From a virus: DNA of 64,000 nt. Positions 19,884-29,222 of this stretch are shown here, in pieces. Position numbers and translations under genes: made by a program. The first letter of the stretch is position 1; every line of letters starts with the position of its first letter. Below the pieces are notes generated by a model. It searched no databases, had not been told where the DNA came from, and worked only from the letters and a program-made list of their open reading frames with translations. The stretch spans positions 1 to 64,000 of the IMG/VR virus record IMGVR_UViG_3300021425_000014; one strand, written 5' to 3'.

Positions 19884-20907
19884 TTTCCAATCTCCGCATA
19901 AGTTCATTCTTTAGTTGCTCATTTGAATTTATTTCCTTGAGTAAAGCATCTTCCCCTTGTATCTTATTGCCGTCTGGTAATGTGAACCAGCCAGCACCAC
20001 CTTTATGAATAATTCCACTAGATACGCAAAGCTCTAATATGCCGTGAGCCTTATTTACTCCAATTCCCCAATCTATTCTAAAGAAAGCAACCTGCTGAGG
20101 GGAGGAAGACTTGTTTTTTCTTGTGATTACTTTTACAAGTTGACCAACTTTTTCTCCATTGAATGTTAGTTCTTCATCTCTGCGAATCTCTACGCGGGAA
20201 CTAGAATAGTAAAGCAATCCGTTTCCGCCATTAACCGTTTCGGGGTTTCCATATCCGCCAATCTTGTGACGGATCTGTGATACGATCAAAAGAGTGCAAT
20301 CATTTTCCCTTAAGATTGTTGGAATCTTGGCTAGGAACCTGTTGTTAACTCTAGCTCCAAGGCCCATAAATTGATCATCTGCGCTTGCCTCAACAATAGA
20401 TCGCGGAACTAAACCATCGAGAGAATCAATAACGATCATTCTTACTATTCCACTTTTAGCAAGAGTCTCAATGGTATCATATGCTTCTTCAGCGCAAGTT
20501 GGGTTCATAACTAAAAGAGAATCAATATCAATACCAATCGAAGCAGCATAAGAGGGATCGTATGTACATTCACTATCAATCAGAACAGCAATGCCTTCTT
20601 TTTGAGCCTCAGCTAAACTAGTTAAAACAAGCGTACTTTTACCGGCACTAGAAGGGCCATGAATACCATGAAAACGGCCACGAGCCCATCCCCAACCATT
20701 AGGGCCTTTTCCAAGAATCCTATCAAGCGTAGGGATGCCGGAACTAATCCTTGAAATGCCAAGAGCCTCTGGGGTATCAGAGGCGTATTGCTGTAATATA
20801 ACTCTCTTCATTTGAGAGTTGATTTGATCCCTTAGTAGTTTAGCCTTTTCGGGCATTGACATATCTTCTGAGAAATTAACTTCCTCTACTCTTTTAGCTC
20901 TTGCCAT
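19858..20907 (-). CDS. recA: RecA recombinase
   Basis: GPSSAGKST, IDSE, IVIDS, SQIR.KIG, GGNGLLYYSS.R. Confidence 0.95.
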   Translation of the reverse strand: MARAKRVEEVNFSEDMSMPEKAKLLRDQINSQMKRVILQQYASDTPEALGISRISSGIPTLDRILGKGPNGWGWARGRFHGIHGPSSAGKSTLVLTSLAEAQKEGIAVLIDSECTYDPSYAASIGIDIDSLLVMNPTCAEEAYDTIETLAKSGIVRMIVIDSLDGLVPRSIVEASADDQFMGLGARVNNRFLAKIPTILRENDCTLLIVSQIRHKIGGYGNPETVNGGNGLLYYSSSRVEIRRDEELTFNGEKVGQLVKVITRKNKSSSPQQVAFFRIDWGIGVNKAHGILELCVSSGIIHKGGAGWFTLPDGNKIQGEDALLKEINSNEQLKNELMRRLENGKQEEAN

Positions 20908-20936
20908 TTCAAATACCTCATATTCGATATATCAAT

Positions 20937-20965
20937 ATTATAAACATCTTGCAAGCAAAAGTCAA
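20937..20965 (-). promoter_or_regulatory. sigma70-type promoter of the recA-terminase-portal operon, abutting a hairpin terminator at ~20964-20985
   Basis: TTGACT-17-TATAAT on minus strand; gcccccTTTCgggggc hairpin. Confidence 0.75.
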
Positions 20966-20987
20966 GCCCCCTTTCGGGGGCTTTTAA

Positions 20988-21842
20988 TTAATCTGCTTTA
21001 ATTAGAAATGAATTACCAATCTTTTCTTTTAATTCCCTAATTCGAGAATCACTCAATCCTTCCTTCTTGCATAGATTATCAAATAATAATTCAGCATTGT
21101 TGCCACTAAGTAGCCATTTCTTCAATACTTGCATCTCTGTCTTGCTAAAGGTTTCTGAACCAAGTGTGTGTTCCTCGAATACATCACAACAAAGAGGGAA
21201 CAAATCCTTAAGTATAGAATAAATAGCCTCAGATAGGTCACGTATTTCACGCTGTGCTCCTTGTGCTAGCCGCTTCTGGAGAAAGAATAGCCAATCCCTT
21301 AAATTAGCAGTTGCCATAATTCGAGTATAAGCACTAACTGGCTGAAAGTCCCTAACGCGCTCTTTTGCAATTCCGCGATTCCTATGCTTTTCATATCTAG
21401 CCTGATTCAAAATTGCATCACATTCTGCATCATTAATAAATTCACTAATATGTTTTTCAGATGCCTGTTCGCCGCTTGATTGTTTATTATGCTTATTGTC
21501 TAATGCAATATAATCTGGCTCTGGAACATAATAGAGGTGTAATGGCTCAGAATAGCGCATACTGAACTCATTAACGTGCAAACTTTTATGGCGCATAAAC
21601 TGACGGGCGATAAAAATCGGAACCTGAATCTCAACAGTTAGTCCGGCCTGCTCAAAAGGAGAAACATGTCCATGCCTCCACAAGAATGAGCGAAGTGCAT
21701 CGTCTTTTTTCTTATCTAGCCCTGTTGGATTTAAAGTGGACATCCGGGCTGTGATGAGTGGCGTATTATCATCACCATAGTGATTAAAATAGCGGACATA
21801 ACCAGCATTCCAAAGATAAATTTCTTTCGAATAATTATTCAT
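20988..21842 (-). CDS. thyX: Flavin-dependent thymidylate synthase
   Basis: H.SPFE, PIFIARQFMRH, NEFSMRY, NLRDW, AQREIR. Confidence 0.95.
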   Translation of the reverse strand: MNNYSKEIYLWNAGYVRYFNHYGDDNTPLITARMSTLNPTGLDKKKDDALRSFLWRHGHVSPFEQAGLTVEIQVPIFIARQFMRHKSLHVNEFSMRYSEPLHLYYVPEPDYIALDNKHNKQSSGEQASEKHISEFINDAECDAILNQARYEKHRNRGIAKERVRDFQPVSAYTRIMATANLRDWLFFLQKRLAQGAQREIRDLSEAIYSILKDLFPLCCDVFEEHTLGSETFSKTEMQVLKKWLLSGNNAELLFDNLCKKEGLSDSRIRELKEKIGNSFLIKAD

Positions 21843-22092
21843 TCTCTCCACCATTAACAACTGATTGAAAATTTTCTGATACATCAATGTTCAGGGATTC
21901 GACGGCATCATTAAAAATTTCTTTTAACTTAACTGCCGTCTCAAATAAACCAATAGAAATAAAAGCCATTACCTCGTTCGATACCTGCTCCTTAAAGGTA
22001 AAATCGGCAAACGTACCATTTTCTTCAAGAACCATTGCAATAAGTTCTTTAACGGTTAATTCCATTACATCCTTCGAATTAATATTTGTCAC
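21835..22092 (-). CDS. Hypothetical protein
   Basis: GAGG RBS; first gene of the minus block. Confidence 0.6.
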   Translation of the reverse strand: MTNINSKDVMELTVKELIAMVLEENGTFADFTFKEQVSNEVMAFISIGLFETAVKLKEIFNDAVESLNIDVSENFQSVVNGGENE

Positions 22093-22120
22093 GTTATTCT
22101 CCTCTCGTGGATATGATTAA

Positions 22121-22194
22121 ATATTAGCACCGCAAAGAGTAGGAGTCAATAAGAAAATAGGGGGGTTGACGAAAGTTTTTTTACGTGCTAAACT
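22121..22194. promoter_or_regulatory. Back-to-back divergent sigma70 promoters
   Basis: minus: TTGACT-17-TAATAT (22149-22121); plus: TTGACG-17-TAAACT (22166-22194). Confidence 0.7.
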
Positions 22195-22214
22195 AATGCT
22201 CGGACGTGAGGACG

Positions 22215-22342
22215 AGTATTTACATGATCTATATAAATATAAATATATTAAGATCTTTAATTACCATGATCTTTTATTTACATGATCTATTTACCATGAT
22301 CTATTTAAAAGATCTTATTTACCATGATCTAATTACCCATGA
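22215..22342. repeat. AT-rich iteron-like array TTAC(C)ATGATCT with 7 GATC sites; origin candidate
   Basis: ~13-16-bp period repeats at the strand-switch point. Confidence 0.75.
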
Positions 22343-22360
22343 CTTCCGGTAGGTGTACTA

Positions 22361-22864
22361 ATGAAAGAAATTGTGGTATTAAATACTTCCTTTTTGCCGA
22401 TCGCTAGAGTTAGCGTAGAAAAGGCTATAATTTTATTAGTATTAAATAAAGCCTTCTCTTTGAAAGACAGAAAAGAAGTTATTAGATCACAATATTTGAC
22501 AATTAACATCCCAGATGTTATAGTGTTAAAAGATGTTAATTATGTGCACAGAATACCTGTAGCTTATAGCAAAAGAGCGGTATTTAGACGTGATAATTAT
22601 ACATGTCAAATGTGTGGTTGCAAAGAAAGAAATAAATTGACATTGGAACATTTGATACCAAAATCTAGATGGGAAGAGGTGTCAAAAAATCGGCAACTTA
22701 CCTATAAACTAAATAGTTGGCTAAATACTTGTTGTCTTTGTGCAGAATGCAACCGAAAGAAATCAGATAAATTACCAGAAGAAATAAATTGGGATTATTC
22801 GCCAAAAGAGCCAGTCACTGATTTTATTATTGATTGGGAAGAGATATTCGGAGGATTAGAATGA
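22361..22864 (+). CDS. HNH endonuclease
   Basis: VLN.SF.P, RRDNYTCQMCG, TLEHLIPKSR, C..CNRKK. Confidence 0.9.
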   Translation: MKEIVVLNTSFLPIARVSVEKAIILLVLNKAFSLKDRKEVIRSQYLTINIPDVIVLKDVNYVHRIPVAYSKRAVFRRDNYTCQMCGCKERNKLTLEHLIPKSRWEEVSKNRQLTYKLNSWLNTCCLCAECNRKKSDKLPEEINWDYSPKEPVTDFIIDWEEIFGGLE

Positions 22865-23595
22865 AGGGCGTAATACTCGCAGGCGGACACGGAACCCGCC
22901 TCTCCCCATTTACAAGGGTTAACAACAAAGGGATGGCGCCAATTTACACCAAAGAAGGTGCAGTGCCTCAAATTCTTTTCCCTTTGCGAACCTTAATTGA
23001 TAGCGGGATTAATGAAATTTTAATTACATCCTCAAGAGAGCATTGTGGTGATATTATCGAGTTTCTTGGCGATGGAGAAGAGTACGGTTGTCACTTAACT
23101 TATCGTGTCCAAGAAATGCATAGGCCAATTACCGGAATTGCTCAAGCGCTAAAACTGGCAGAACCATTTGTTAACGAGCAAAAGTTTGCCGTAGTTCTTG
23201 GTGATAATTATTATCAACAATCATTTGATCATGAAGTTGCCGACTTTGAAAATGATGAAGGCAACTTATGTTATTTATTCCTCAAAGAAGTAAATGACCC
23301 CAAAAGATTCGGTGTAGCAACAGTGAACGAAAAAGGCGCTATTCTTGAGATCGAAGAAAAGCCGATGCGTCCAAAGAGCAAACTAGCAGTAACTGGCTTG
23401 TATTTTTATACCCCAGATGTATTTGAGATTATTAAAGATCTTAAGCCAAGCGGGCGAAACGAACTCGAAATCACAGATGTAAACAACCACTATGTTGACA
23501 ATCAATGCGCTAGAGGTATAATTCTAGAGTCACATTGGCAGGATATGGGAGTTCCAAAGTCCGCAATGAATTTGTCGAGGTATTTATCAAAGTGA
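22861..23595 (+). CDS. rmlA: Glucose-1-phosphate thymidylyltransferase
   Basis: MKGVILAGGHGTRL.P, GIAQA, LGDN, EEKP, AVTGLYFY, PSGRNELEITD. Confidence 0.93.
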   Translation: MKGVILAGGHGTRLSPFTRVNNKGMAPIYTKEGAVPQILFPLRTLIDSGINEILITSSREHCGDIIEFLGDGEEYGCHLTYRVQEMHRPITGIAQALKLAEPFVNEQKFAVVLGDNYYQQSFDHEVADFENDEGNLCYLFLKEVNDPKRFGVATVNEKGAILEIEEKPMRPKSKLAVTGLYFYTPDVFEIIKDLKPSGRNELEITDVNNHYVDNQCARGIILESHWQDMGVPKSAMNLSRYLSK

Positions 23596-24605
23596 ACATT
23601 TACAATCATACTGCTTTTACGTATGACGATATTCTTCTAGAGCCAAGAAAGTTTTCTGGAACATCGCGTAGGGAAATTGACTTATCTACGGAAATTTGCG
23701 GGGCAAAACTAGATACACCAATTATCGCAGCACCAATGGATACAGTTGTAGACAAAAAGACTGTAATGAAATTAGAAAATCTTGGCGCACTTGGGATCAT
23801 TCACCGTTTTTGCGACTATCAAGAAATTATTAAAGACTTAATACGGGATTCATATTATGCAGTTCTTCCGATTGGATCAATTACACGCGAAGAGGCAAAA
23901 AAGCAGATAGATAATACAAATCCAAATTGTGTTCTAATTGAAGTTGCACATGCTCATCAATCAAATGTTTTGAAATTAGCGGAGTTTATTAAAAATAATT
24001 ATGAACATATCCCACTTATGGTTGGAAATATTGCAACAAGAGCAGCGGCACTTGATTTCGCAAAAATCGGAGTTGATGCAATTAAAGTCGGAATTGGGCC
24101 TTCACCAGTCTGTTCTACTAGAAGTGTATCAGGATGTGGTGTACCTCAAGCAACTGCTGTCAAAAATGTTTATGAGGCTTTATATGGTTATTCTCAAAAA
24201 ATGCCCACTATTATTGCAGATGGTGGAATTAAGAATTCGGGAGATATTGTCAAAGCATTAGCGCTTGGTGCAGATGCCGTAATGATTGGTTCATTGTTGG
24301 CTCAGGCCACGGATGGCCCCGGAGAAGTATTTCACGTTGATGGCGTTGCTTATAAAGCATACAGAGGCATGGCATCAGAGGATGTTATGAAAGAGCGCGG
24401 AATCAAACGTGCAGCAGAAGGGATAACCGCAAAAATTCGCACAACAAAACCACTAGACGAAATCCTACAAGATCTAACAGATGGAATACAATCAGGATTA
24501 AGCTATCTAGGCTTTAATTCATTAAAAGAATTAAAAGAAAACAGGGATTCTATCTTTGCCCATCTAATTACAAATGCTTCTAGGGCAGAAACTTCAACAA
24601 TGTAA
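23592..24605 (+). CDS. guaB: IMP dehydrogenase/GMP reductase family
   Basis: PMDTV, GIIHRF, KVGIGP...CSTR, IIADGGI, YRGMAS; GuaC activity not excluded. Confidence 0.8.
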   Translation: MNIYNHTAFTYDDILLEPRKFSGTSRREIDLSTEICGAKLDTPIIAAPMDTVVDKKTVMKLENLGALGIIHRFCDYQEIIKDLIRDSYYAVLPIGSITREEAKKQIDNTNPNCVLIEVAHAHQSNVLKLAEFIKNNYEHIPLMVGNIATRAAALDFAKIGVDAIKVGIGPSPVCSTRSVSGCGVPQATAVKNVYEALYGYSQKMPTIIADGGIKNSGDIVKALALGADAVMIGSLLAQATDGPGEVFHVDGVAYKAYRGMASEDVMKERGIKRAAEGITAKIRTTKPLDEILQDLTDGIQSGLSYLGFNSLKELKENRDSIFAHLITNASRAETSTM

Positions 24606-24633
24606 TTGACACTCAATATGGTCATGCTATAAT
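24606..24633 (+). promoter_or_regulatory. sigma70 promoter upstream of tRNA cluster
   Basis: TTGACA-16-TATAAT with extended -10 TG. Confidence 0.8.
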
Positions 24634-24675
24634 AGTATTGTCGGTAGAGAGTTTTGGACGACTTGGCCGACAAAT

Positions 24676-24748
24676 GGAAGCTTAGCTCAGTGGTTAGAGC
24701 AAGCTACTCATAATAGCTGGGTCGTGGGTTCGAACCCCACAGCTTCCA
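24676..24748 (+). tRNA. tRNA with CAT anticodon (elongator Met or Ile2)
   Basis: GGAAGCT/AGCTTCC acceptor stem, AGCTA-CTCATAA-TAGCT anticodon arm, TTCGAAC T-loop. Confidence 0.92.
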
Positions 24749-24760
24749 CTGGAGGATGAT

Positions 24761-25030
24761 ATGAGAGAAGAATTTGTATCTGAAATTACAACATCATTAG
24801 TCGAAGGTATCTGGCGCGTTGAACTAGAACACAGGCCAATTGATTCAATTTTCAATATTATTTATGGCTCAAGGTTTGCTTGGTCAAATCATTGCGAAGA
24901 ATCTCTAGCACTAGAAGAGTTTAGAAGTCTTTTCAAGCTATTTAAAGAATTAGATAGAATTATAGAAGAGAAGGAAAAATCTCACAATGTTAGTGTACAG
25001 CAAAAGGAATTTCAAACCGATGCCACTTAA
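24761..25030 (+). CDS. Hypothetical protein
   Basis: GGAGG RBS. Confidence 0.6.
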   Translation: MREEFVSEITTSLVEGIWRVELEHRPIDSIFNIIYGSRFAWSNHCEESLALEEFRSLFKLFKELDRIIEEKEKSHNVSVQQKEFQTDAT

Positions 25031-25160
25031 AAAGGGATACTCACAGAAAAGTATTTCAGAAAACATTAAAACTTTAATTGGTGAAGGATACGATCAAAAG
25101 CAAGCTCAGGCAATTGCATTAGATCTAGCCAAGAAGGCAAAAGCCGCAAAGAAAAAATAA
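25020..25160 (+). CDS. Small basic phage protein (46 aa, MPLKKG.SQK.ISENI family)
   Basis: Translated by hand: MPLKKGYSQKSISENIKTLIGEGYDQKQAQAIALDLAKKAKAAKKK. Confidence 0.7.
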   Translation: MPLKKGYSQKSISENIKTLIGEGYDQKQAQAIALDLAKKAKAAKKK

Positions 25161-25167
25161 AAGTTTT

Positions 25168-25239
25168 CCGCCTATAGTGTAGTGGACAGCACAAGAATCT
25201 TCTAAATTCTTCGGCCAGGTTCGAGTCCTGGTAGGCGGG
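25168..25239 (+). tRNA. tRNA-Arg(TCT)
   Basis: CCGCCTA/TAGGCGG acceptor stem, AGAAT-CTTCTAA-ATTCT anticodon arm, CCAGG-TTCGAGT-CCTGG. Confidence 0.9.
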
Positions 25240-25243
25240 CCTG

Positions 25244-25317
25244 TTCTGGTTGATCTAATTGGAGAAGATGCCCATCATAAAATAGGGGCAATGCGGGTTC
25301 GAGTCCCGTACCAGGAC
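25244..25317 (+). tRNA. tRNA-like element/pseudo-tRNA with aberrant anticodon arm
   Basis: Acceptor, D and T arms pair well; anticodon arm CCCAT-CATAAAA-TAGGG mispaired and lacks U33. Confidence 0.55.
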
Positions 25318-25476
25318 ATAATCGAGGAAATAAAATGCTGCAAGATGCTTTAATTTACTTACTAGGAAAAGATTTATTGGCGTTTACCGGACTAATGCTT
25401 TACACATTCTTCTTGTTTGGAATAGTAAATGCCGCATCTAGCTATTCGCAATATAGTGAATAAATTTGGTGCTACA

Positions 25477-25668
25477 ATGCATAGGAAAATACGTGCTCAA
25501 CTAATTAACGACTTTAAAGGCGATGTAATTAGGGAGCACTTTTTTGATGAAAAAAACGAAACCCTTGAAAGCGTATTGCAAAGAATAGAAAGATATGTTA
25601 CGCTAGAGAATCTAAATAAAGATTTTCCTATAAGAATTAAAGTGGATTATTCTGGAAGGAGTCAATAA
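25477..25668 (+). CDS. Hypothetical protein
   Basis: ORF coupled to the downstream gene. Confidence 0.5.
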   Translation: MHRKIRAQLINDFKGDVIREHFFDEKNETLESVLQRIERYVTLENLNKDFPIRIKVDYSGRSQ

Positions 25669-26120
25669 TGGGTAGACCAAGGAAGAATAATTTTAAAAAA
25701 GAAATTGATATTGAAGATCTTCTTGCAACCGAATTAGTAGTCGAAGAAAATGGAACACAAGAAGAGGATAAAGAAAGTGATATCATTTCTATTGATACTC
25801 AAGGCTTATATGGTTTAAGAGCTTATAAATATGGATATGAACTCCATTGCAGGCACAAGTTTACAAAAGATACTGCTTATGAAATTAAGCCGCCAAAGGG
25901 CGACCCATATATTGTTTCCTATAAAGCTGGAGAATTTAGCCCCTGGAAGTTGGCAGACAAACCATTTCATGGTAGACTAGATTCGTTATTTGTTGCGGCT
26001 TCTCAACTAATGATCAAGGATAAAATCATTGAGAGCAGTAGTATCGCAAATCTATCTAAGATTATCAGGGAATCAGAAGAGCGGTTAATTAAAACCGCAA
26101 ATGGAGGCCAGCATGACTGA
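25668..26120 (+). CDS. Hypothetical protein
   Basis: AGGAG RBS; MGRPRK N-terminus. Confidence 0.65.
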   Translation: MGRPRKNNFKKEIDIEDLLATELVVEENGTQEEDKESDIISIDTQGLYGLRAYKYGYELHCRHKFTKDTAYEIKPPKGDPYIVSYKAGEFSPWKLADKPFHGRLDSLFVAASQLMIKDKIIESSSIANLSKIIRESEERLIKTANGGQHD

Positions 26121-26295
26121 AGAAGAAAATCGGCAACAGCACCTAGCTCGTTTTGTCCATAATACATTATTTTTAGATAAACTACACAAAGTCCCAACAG
26201 CCTTATCTTTGCCAATTTCCGTAGATGTACCCAATCAAAGTTTAGCGAGAACATACATCTTAAATCGTAAGCCAACCCAGATTGAGGGTTACTAA
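26113..26295 (+). CDS. Hypothetical protein
   Basis: GGAGG RBS. Confidence 0.5.
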   Translation: MTEEENRQQHLARFVHNTLFLDKLHKVPTALSLPISVDVPNQSLARTYILNRKPTQIEGY

Positions 26296-27332
26296 TGTTT
26301 AACAAAGACTTTTATGAAGCCGTACTTGAGCTACGCAAAGACGGCGAAACGTGGCAGAACATTCACAAGTATCTGCTAAAAACAAAGTCAATTGCTACGA
26401 CTACTAGCATTCAGGATATTAAAGATAGATTCTTTGGTCTTGCTGCTAAGATTATAGCTGGCGAGATTGATCTCGAAGAATCAGATATATTTAATAAATA
26501 TGTCGAAAAAATTGATCAATTAATCTCTAGAAAACCAACCAAACAAAAGAAGAAACCTATTCAGCCTACAAATTTAGACAAGATTCTAGTCCTAAGCGAT
26601 GTTCACGTTCCGAACTATGATGCAGGGTGCTTTGAGCGTGCAGTAAATATTGGCCTAGATAATCATTGTAGTATTGTAGTAATCAACGGCGATTTCCTTA
26701 ACGGTGATCGCCTATCCACGCATGCAAAGTTCAAACATGAAAACTTCAAAGAAGAAATTGCCGAAGGTCGTGCAATGCTGGAAATGCTTGCAGATAAATT
26801 TGAATGTGTTTTTATGCTTGATGATAACCACGTTCACGATCGTTGGCGCAGGTTCCTTGGCAATAATATCGCCCCAGACTTGCACTTCCTTCTAACTCAT
26901 CCTTATGACTATATGTGCCACGGACTAGATAATGTAATTCGTTCACGCGAGACTCTGCCAAGTGATTGCAAGGGCTTCGAAGAGGAATTAAGCCACTGTA
27001 TGTTCTTAGGTGATGCAATGTTCTCTCACGGGTTTGTGAGTGGTAAGGATGGTGCTTCAGTGAGGACAGTGCGTGCCTGGTATGAGAAGTGGAAGCCAGC
27101 ATTCAATCTGCCTGATGCTAAAGTATTCCTACACGGCCATACTCACAAACTTGGCATTCAATATGACTACGATAGTGCGATTATTCAAACCGGAACACTT
27201 GCCAATTTAGAAGGTTTGAAGTATTCTATGGAAGGCCATTTGAAGGGTAGTCCTCCAATTCACGGTTGTGTTATACTTGAACAAATTAACGGAATAACAC
27301 AACTAGACACTATTAAGGTAATTAAGCTTTGA
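26295..27332 (+). CDS. Calcineurin-like metallophosphoesterase
   Basis: SDVH, NGD, DNH, SHG, GHTH motifs. Confidence 0.85.
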   Translation: MFNKDFYEAVLELRKDGETWQNIHKYLLKTKSIATTTSIQDIKDRFFGLAAKIIAGEIDLEESDIFNKYVEKIDQLISRKPTKQKKKPIQPTNLDKILVLSDVHVPNYDAGCFERAVNIGLDNHCSIVVINGDFLNGDRLSTHAKFKHENFKEEIAEGRAMLEMLADKFECVFMLDDNHVHDRWRRFLGNNIAPDLHFLLTHPYDYMCHGLDNVIRSRETLPSDCKGFEEELSHCMFLGDAMFSHGFVSGKDGASVRTVRAWYEKWKPAFNLPDAKVFLHGHTHKLGIQYDYDSAIIQTGTLANLEGLKYSMEGHLKGSPPIHGCVILEQINGITQLDTIKVIKL

Positions 27333-28126
27333 ATTTAAATGACATTTTTGCAGGGGTTAACAACTACGCCCCTGCAATTAAAAGAAAATTGCTTCCAGTT
27401 CTTATAGAGCAAATGGAGTTGGAAAGCAAGAAAACCTATCCACCAAAAGAAGAGGCGCAATTTAGAGCATCTGGCATAGGTGGATGTAAGCGAAAGATGA
27501 TGTATAAGTTGCTTGGATATGAAGAGCAGCTTGATCATATCAGCGTGTTTACTCTTGAGCAAGGAACACTGATTCACGAAATGATTCAAGGGTATTTGCA
27601 AAGGGCGGGCATTATTGAATCTCTTGAAGAGGAGCTAAAGATACTTCCTAATTTAAATGGACACTATGACGGCGTAGTAGTCCTAAACGGGGAAAGATAC
27701 CTTCTTGAGATTAAGACAATAAACGGCGAAGCATACGAAAGACTTTTAAAATACAACTCTGTATATAAAAAGTATATCCTTCAGGCACATTGCTATATGC
27801 ATGCACTTGGACTTGATAAAACATTATTCCTATTTGTTAATAAGAATCATATGCTATCAGATTCTTGCAAAGATGAAGTGCCTGGCGCAGATCCATTGTT
27901 TCACGAAGTTGAAGTCAGATTTGATCATAGCGTATGGAAAGAAGTTAAAGATAAGGTAAGTGAATTAACGAATGATTTTAAGAATGGCATTATGCCAGCA
28001 TTTAAGAGAGTTTCCGAATGCTCATATTGCAACTTCAAGACGCAGTGCGAATCAGATTGGAAAATAGAGAAAGAAAATAAGAAAAAAGCTAAAAAAATAA
28101 AAGCGTCAGAAGCTAAGAAAGATTAG
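27329..28126 (+). CDS. Cas4-like PD-(D/E)xK exonuclease (stand-alone)
   Basis: C..R, GT.IH, GHYDG...EIKT, Q...Y, C..C.....C. Confidence 0.85.
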   Translation: MNLNDIFAGVNNYAPAIKRKLLPVLIEQMELESKKTYPPKEEAQFRASGIGGCKRKMMYKLLGYEEQLDHISVFTLEQGTLIHEMIQGYLQRAGIIESLEEELKILPNLNGHYDGVVVLNGERYLLEIKTINGEAYERLLKYNSVYKKYILQAHCYMHALGLDKTLFLFVNKNHMLSDSCKDEVPGADPLFHEVEVRFDHSVWKEVKDKVSELTNDFKNGIMPAFKRVSECSYCNFKTQCESDWKIEKENKKKAKKIKASEAKKD

Positions 28127-28231
28127 TTAAAAACGGCCACAATACAGCAATAAAGCCAAAAATAGCTCAAGGCTGTAGTAAAAATAATATGTGGAGGCTG
28201 TTTCCCACCCTTTGTATCGAAAGAGTATTAA

Positions 28232-28969
28232 ATGGGCAGACGACGCAGACGCTCAGACGAGGACTATCAATTTGAAGAACAACTACCTTATGAGAAAACT
28301 CAATACGCAAGAGTAAAGCCATTTAAACCAAAAACCGAGTCACAAGCGAAGGCGCACGCCATTGTAAAGGAAAATACACTAACATTCCTTGGTGGGCCAG
28401 CAGGGACGGGCAAGACCTTAATCCCTTGCCAACTAGCCCTTGATGAGTTAGCAAATAATAAAATCAAAAAGATTATCATTACCAGACCAAATGTAGAAGC
28501 CGGTAAATCACTTGGATATTTACCAGGCTCTGCCGAAGAGAAACTGTTTCACTATCTGGTTCCAATCTATGATAATCTAGAAATCTTTATCGGCAAAGAA
28601 AAATTGGCACAATTACTCGAAGAAGAAGTAATTCAATGTGTGCCAATTGGATTTATGCGCGGTAGAACACTTAATGACGCATTCGTAATTATTGATGAAG
28701 CTCAAAATATGACACGTGAGCAGCTTAGGATGGTGCTTACACGCATTGGTTTTGGCAGCAGAGCGGTCGTAACCTATGATACTGAGCAGATTGATATTCG
28801 CAAATCTGATAGCTGCGTACTTGACATTCCCTTATTTGAAGGCCATAATAGTATAGGATATTTCAAATTCGGGCCAAACGATGTAGTCAGGTCTGAAATT
28901 GTTAAGACCGTACTACAGGTTTATATGGAGGCACAAAATGAAGAAGAAGTACGTGGGACTATCATATGA
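28232..28969 (+). CDS. phoH: PhoH-family ATPase
   Basis: GPAGTGKT, ITRP.VEAG..LGYLPG, FMRGRT, IDEAQN, LTRIG. Confidence 0.95.
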   Translation: MGRRRRRSDEDYQFEEQLPYEKTQYARVKPFKPKTESQAKAHAIVKENTLTFLGGPAGTGKTLIPCQLALDELANNKIKKIIITRPNVEAGKSLGYLPGSAEEKLFHYLVPIYDNLEIFIGKEKLAQLLEEEVIQCVPIGFMRGRTLNDAFVIIDEAQNMTREQLRMVLTRIGFGSRAVVTYDTEQIDIRKSDSCVLDIPLFEGHNSIGYFKFGPNDVVRSEIVKTVLQVYMEAQNEEEVRGTII

Positions 28970-29222
28970 GAGTGATGATTCAAACTGGAGATTGGAGCCT
29001 GTCTTAGATGAATATGATCTCATTTTTAGAGATGATGTAAGTCTAACTGCAAATGTAGCTCAGCTTATTTCCCTAAGAGATCTAATTACCGATGTACTAA
29101 GGGAGGTTGGTGCTGAGGAGCCAGTTCAGATCTCGAATATGGGAACATCATTCGTACCGACAGCGGTAGCCAAAATGGATCCAAGATTCCACCCAGACCC
29201 AGATGGGGTCATGGGCCTTTGA
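28938..29222 (+). CDS. Hypothetical protein
   Basis: GGAGG RBS. Confidence 0.6.
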   Translation: MKKKYVGLSYESDDSNWRLEPVLDEYDLIFRDDVSLTANVAQLISLRDLITDVLREVGAEEPVQISNMGTSFVPTAVAKMDPRFHPDPDGVMGL

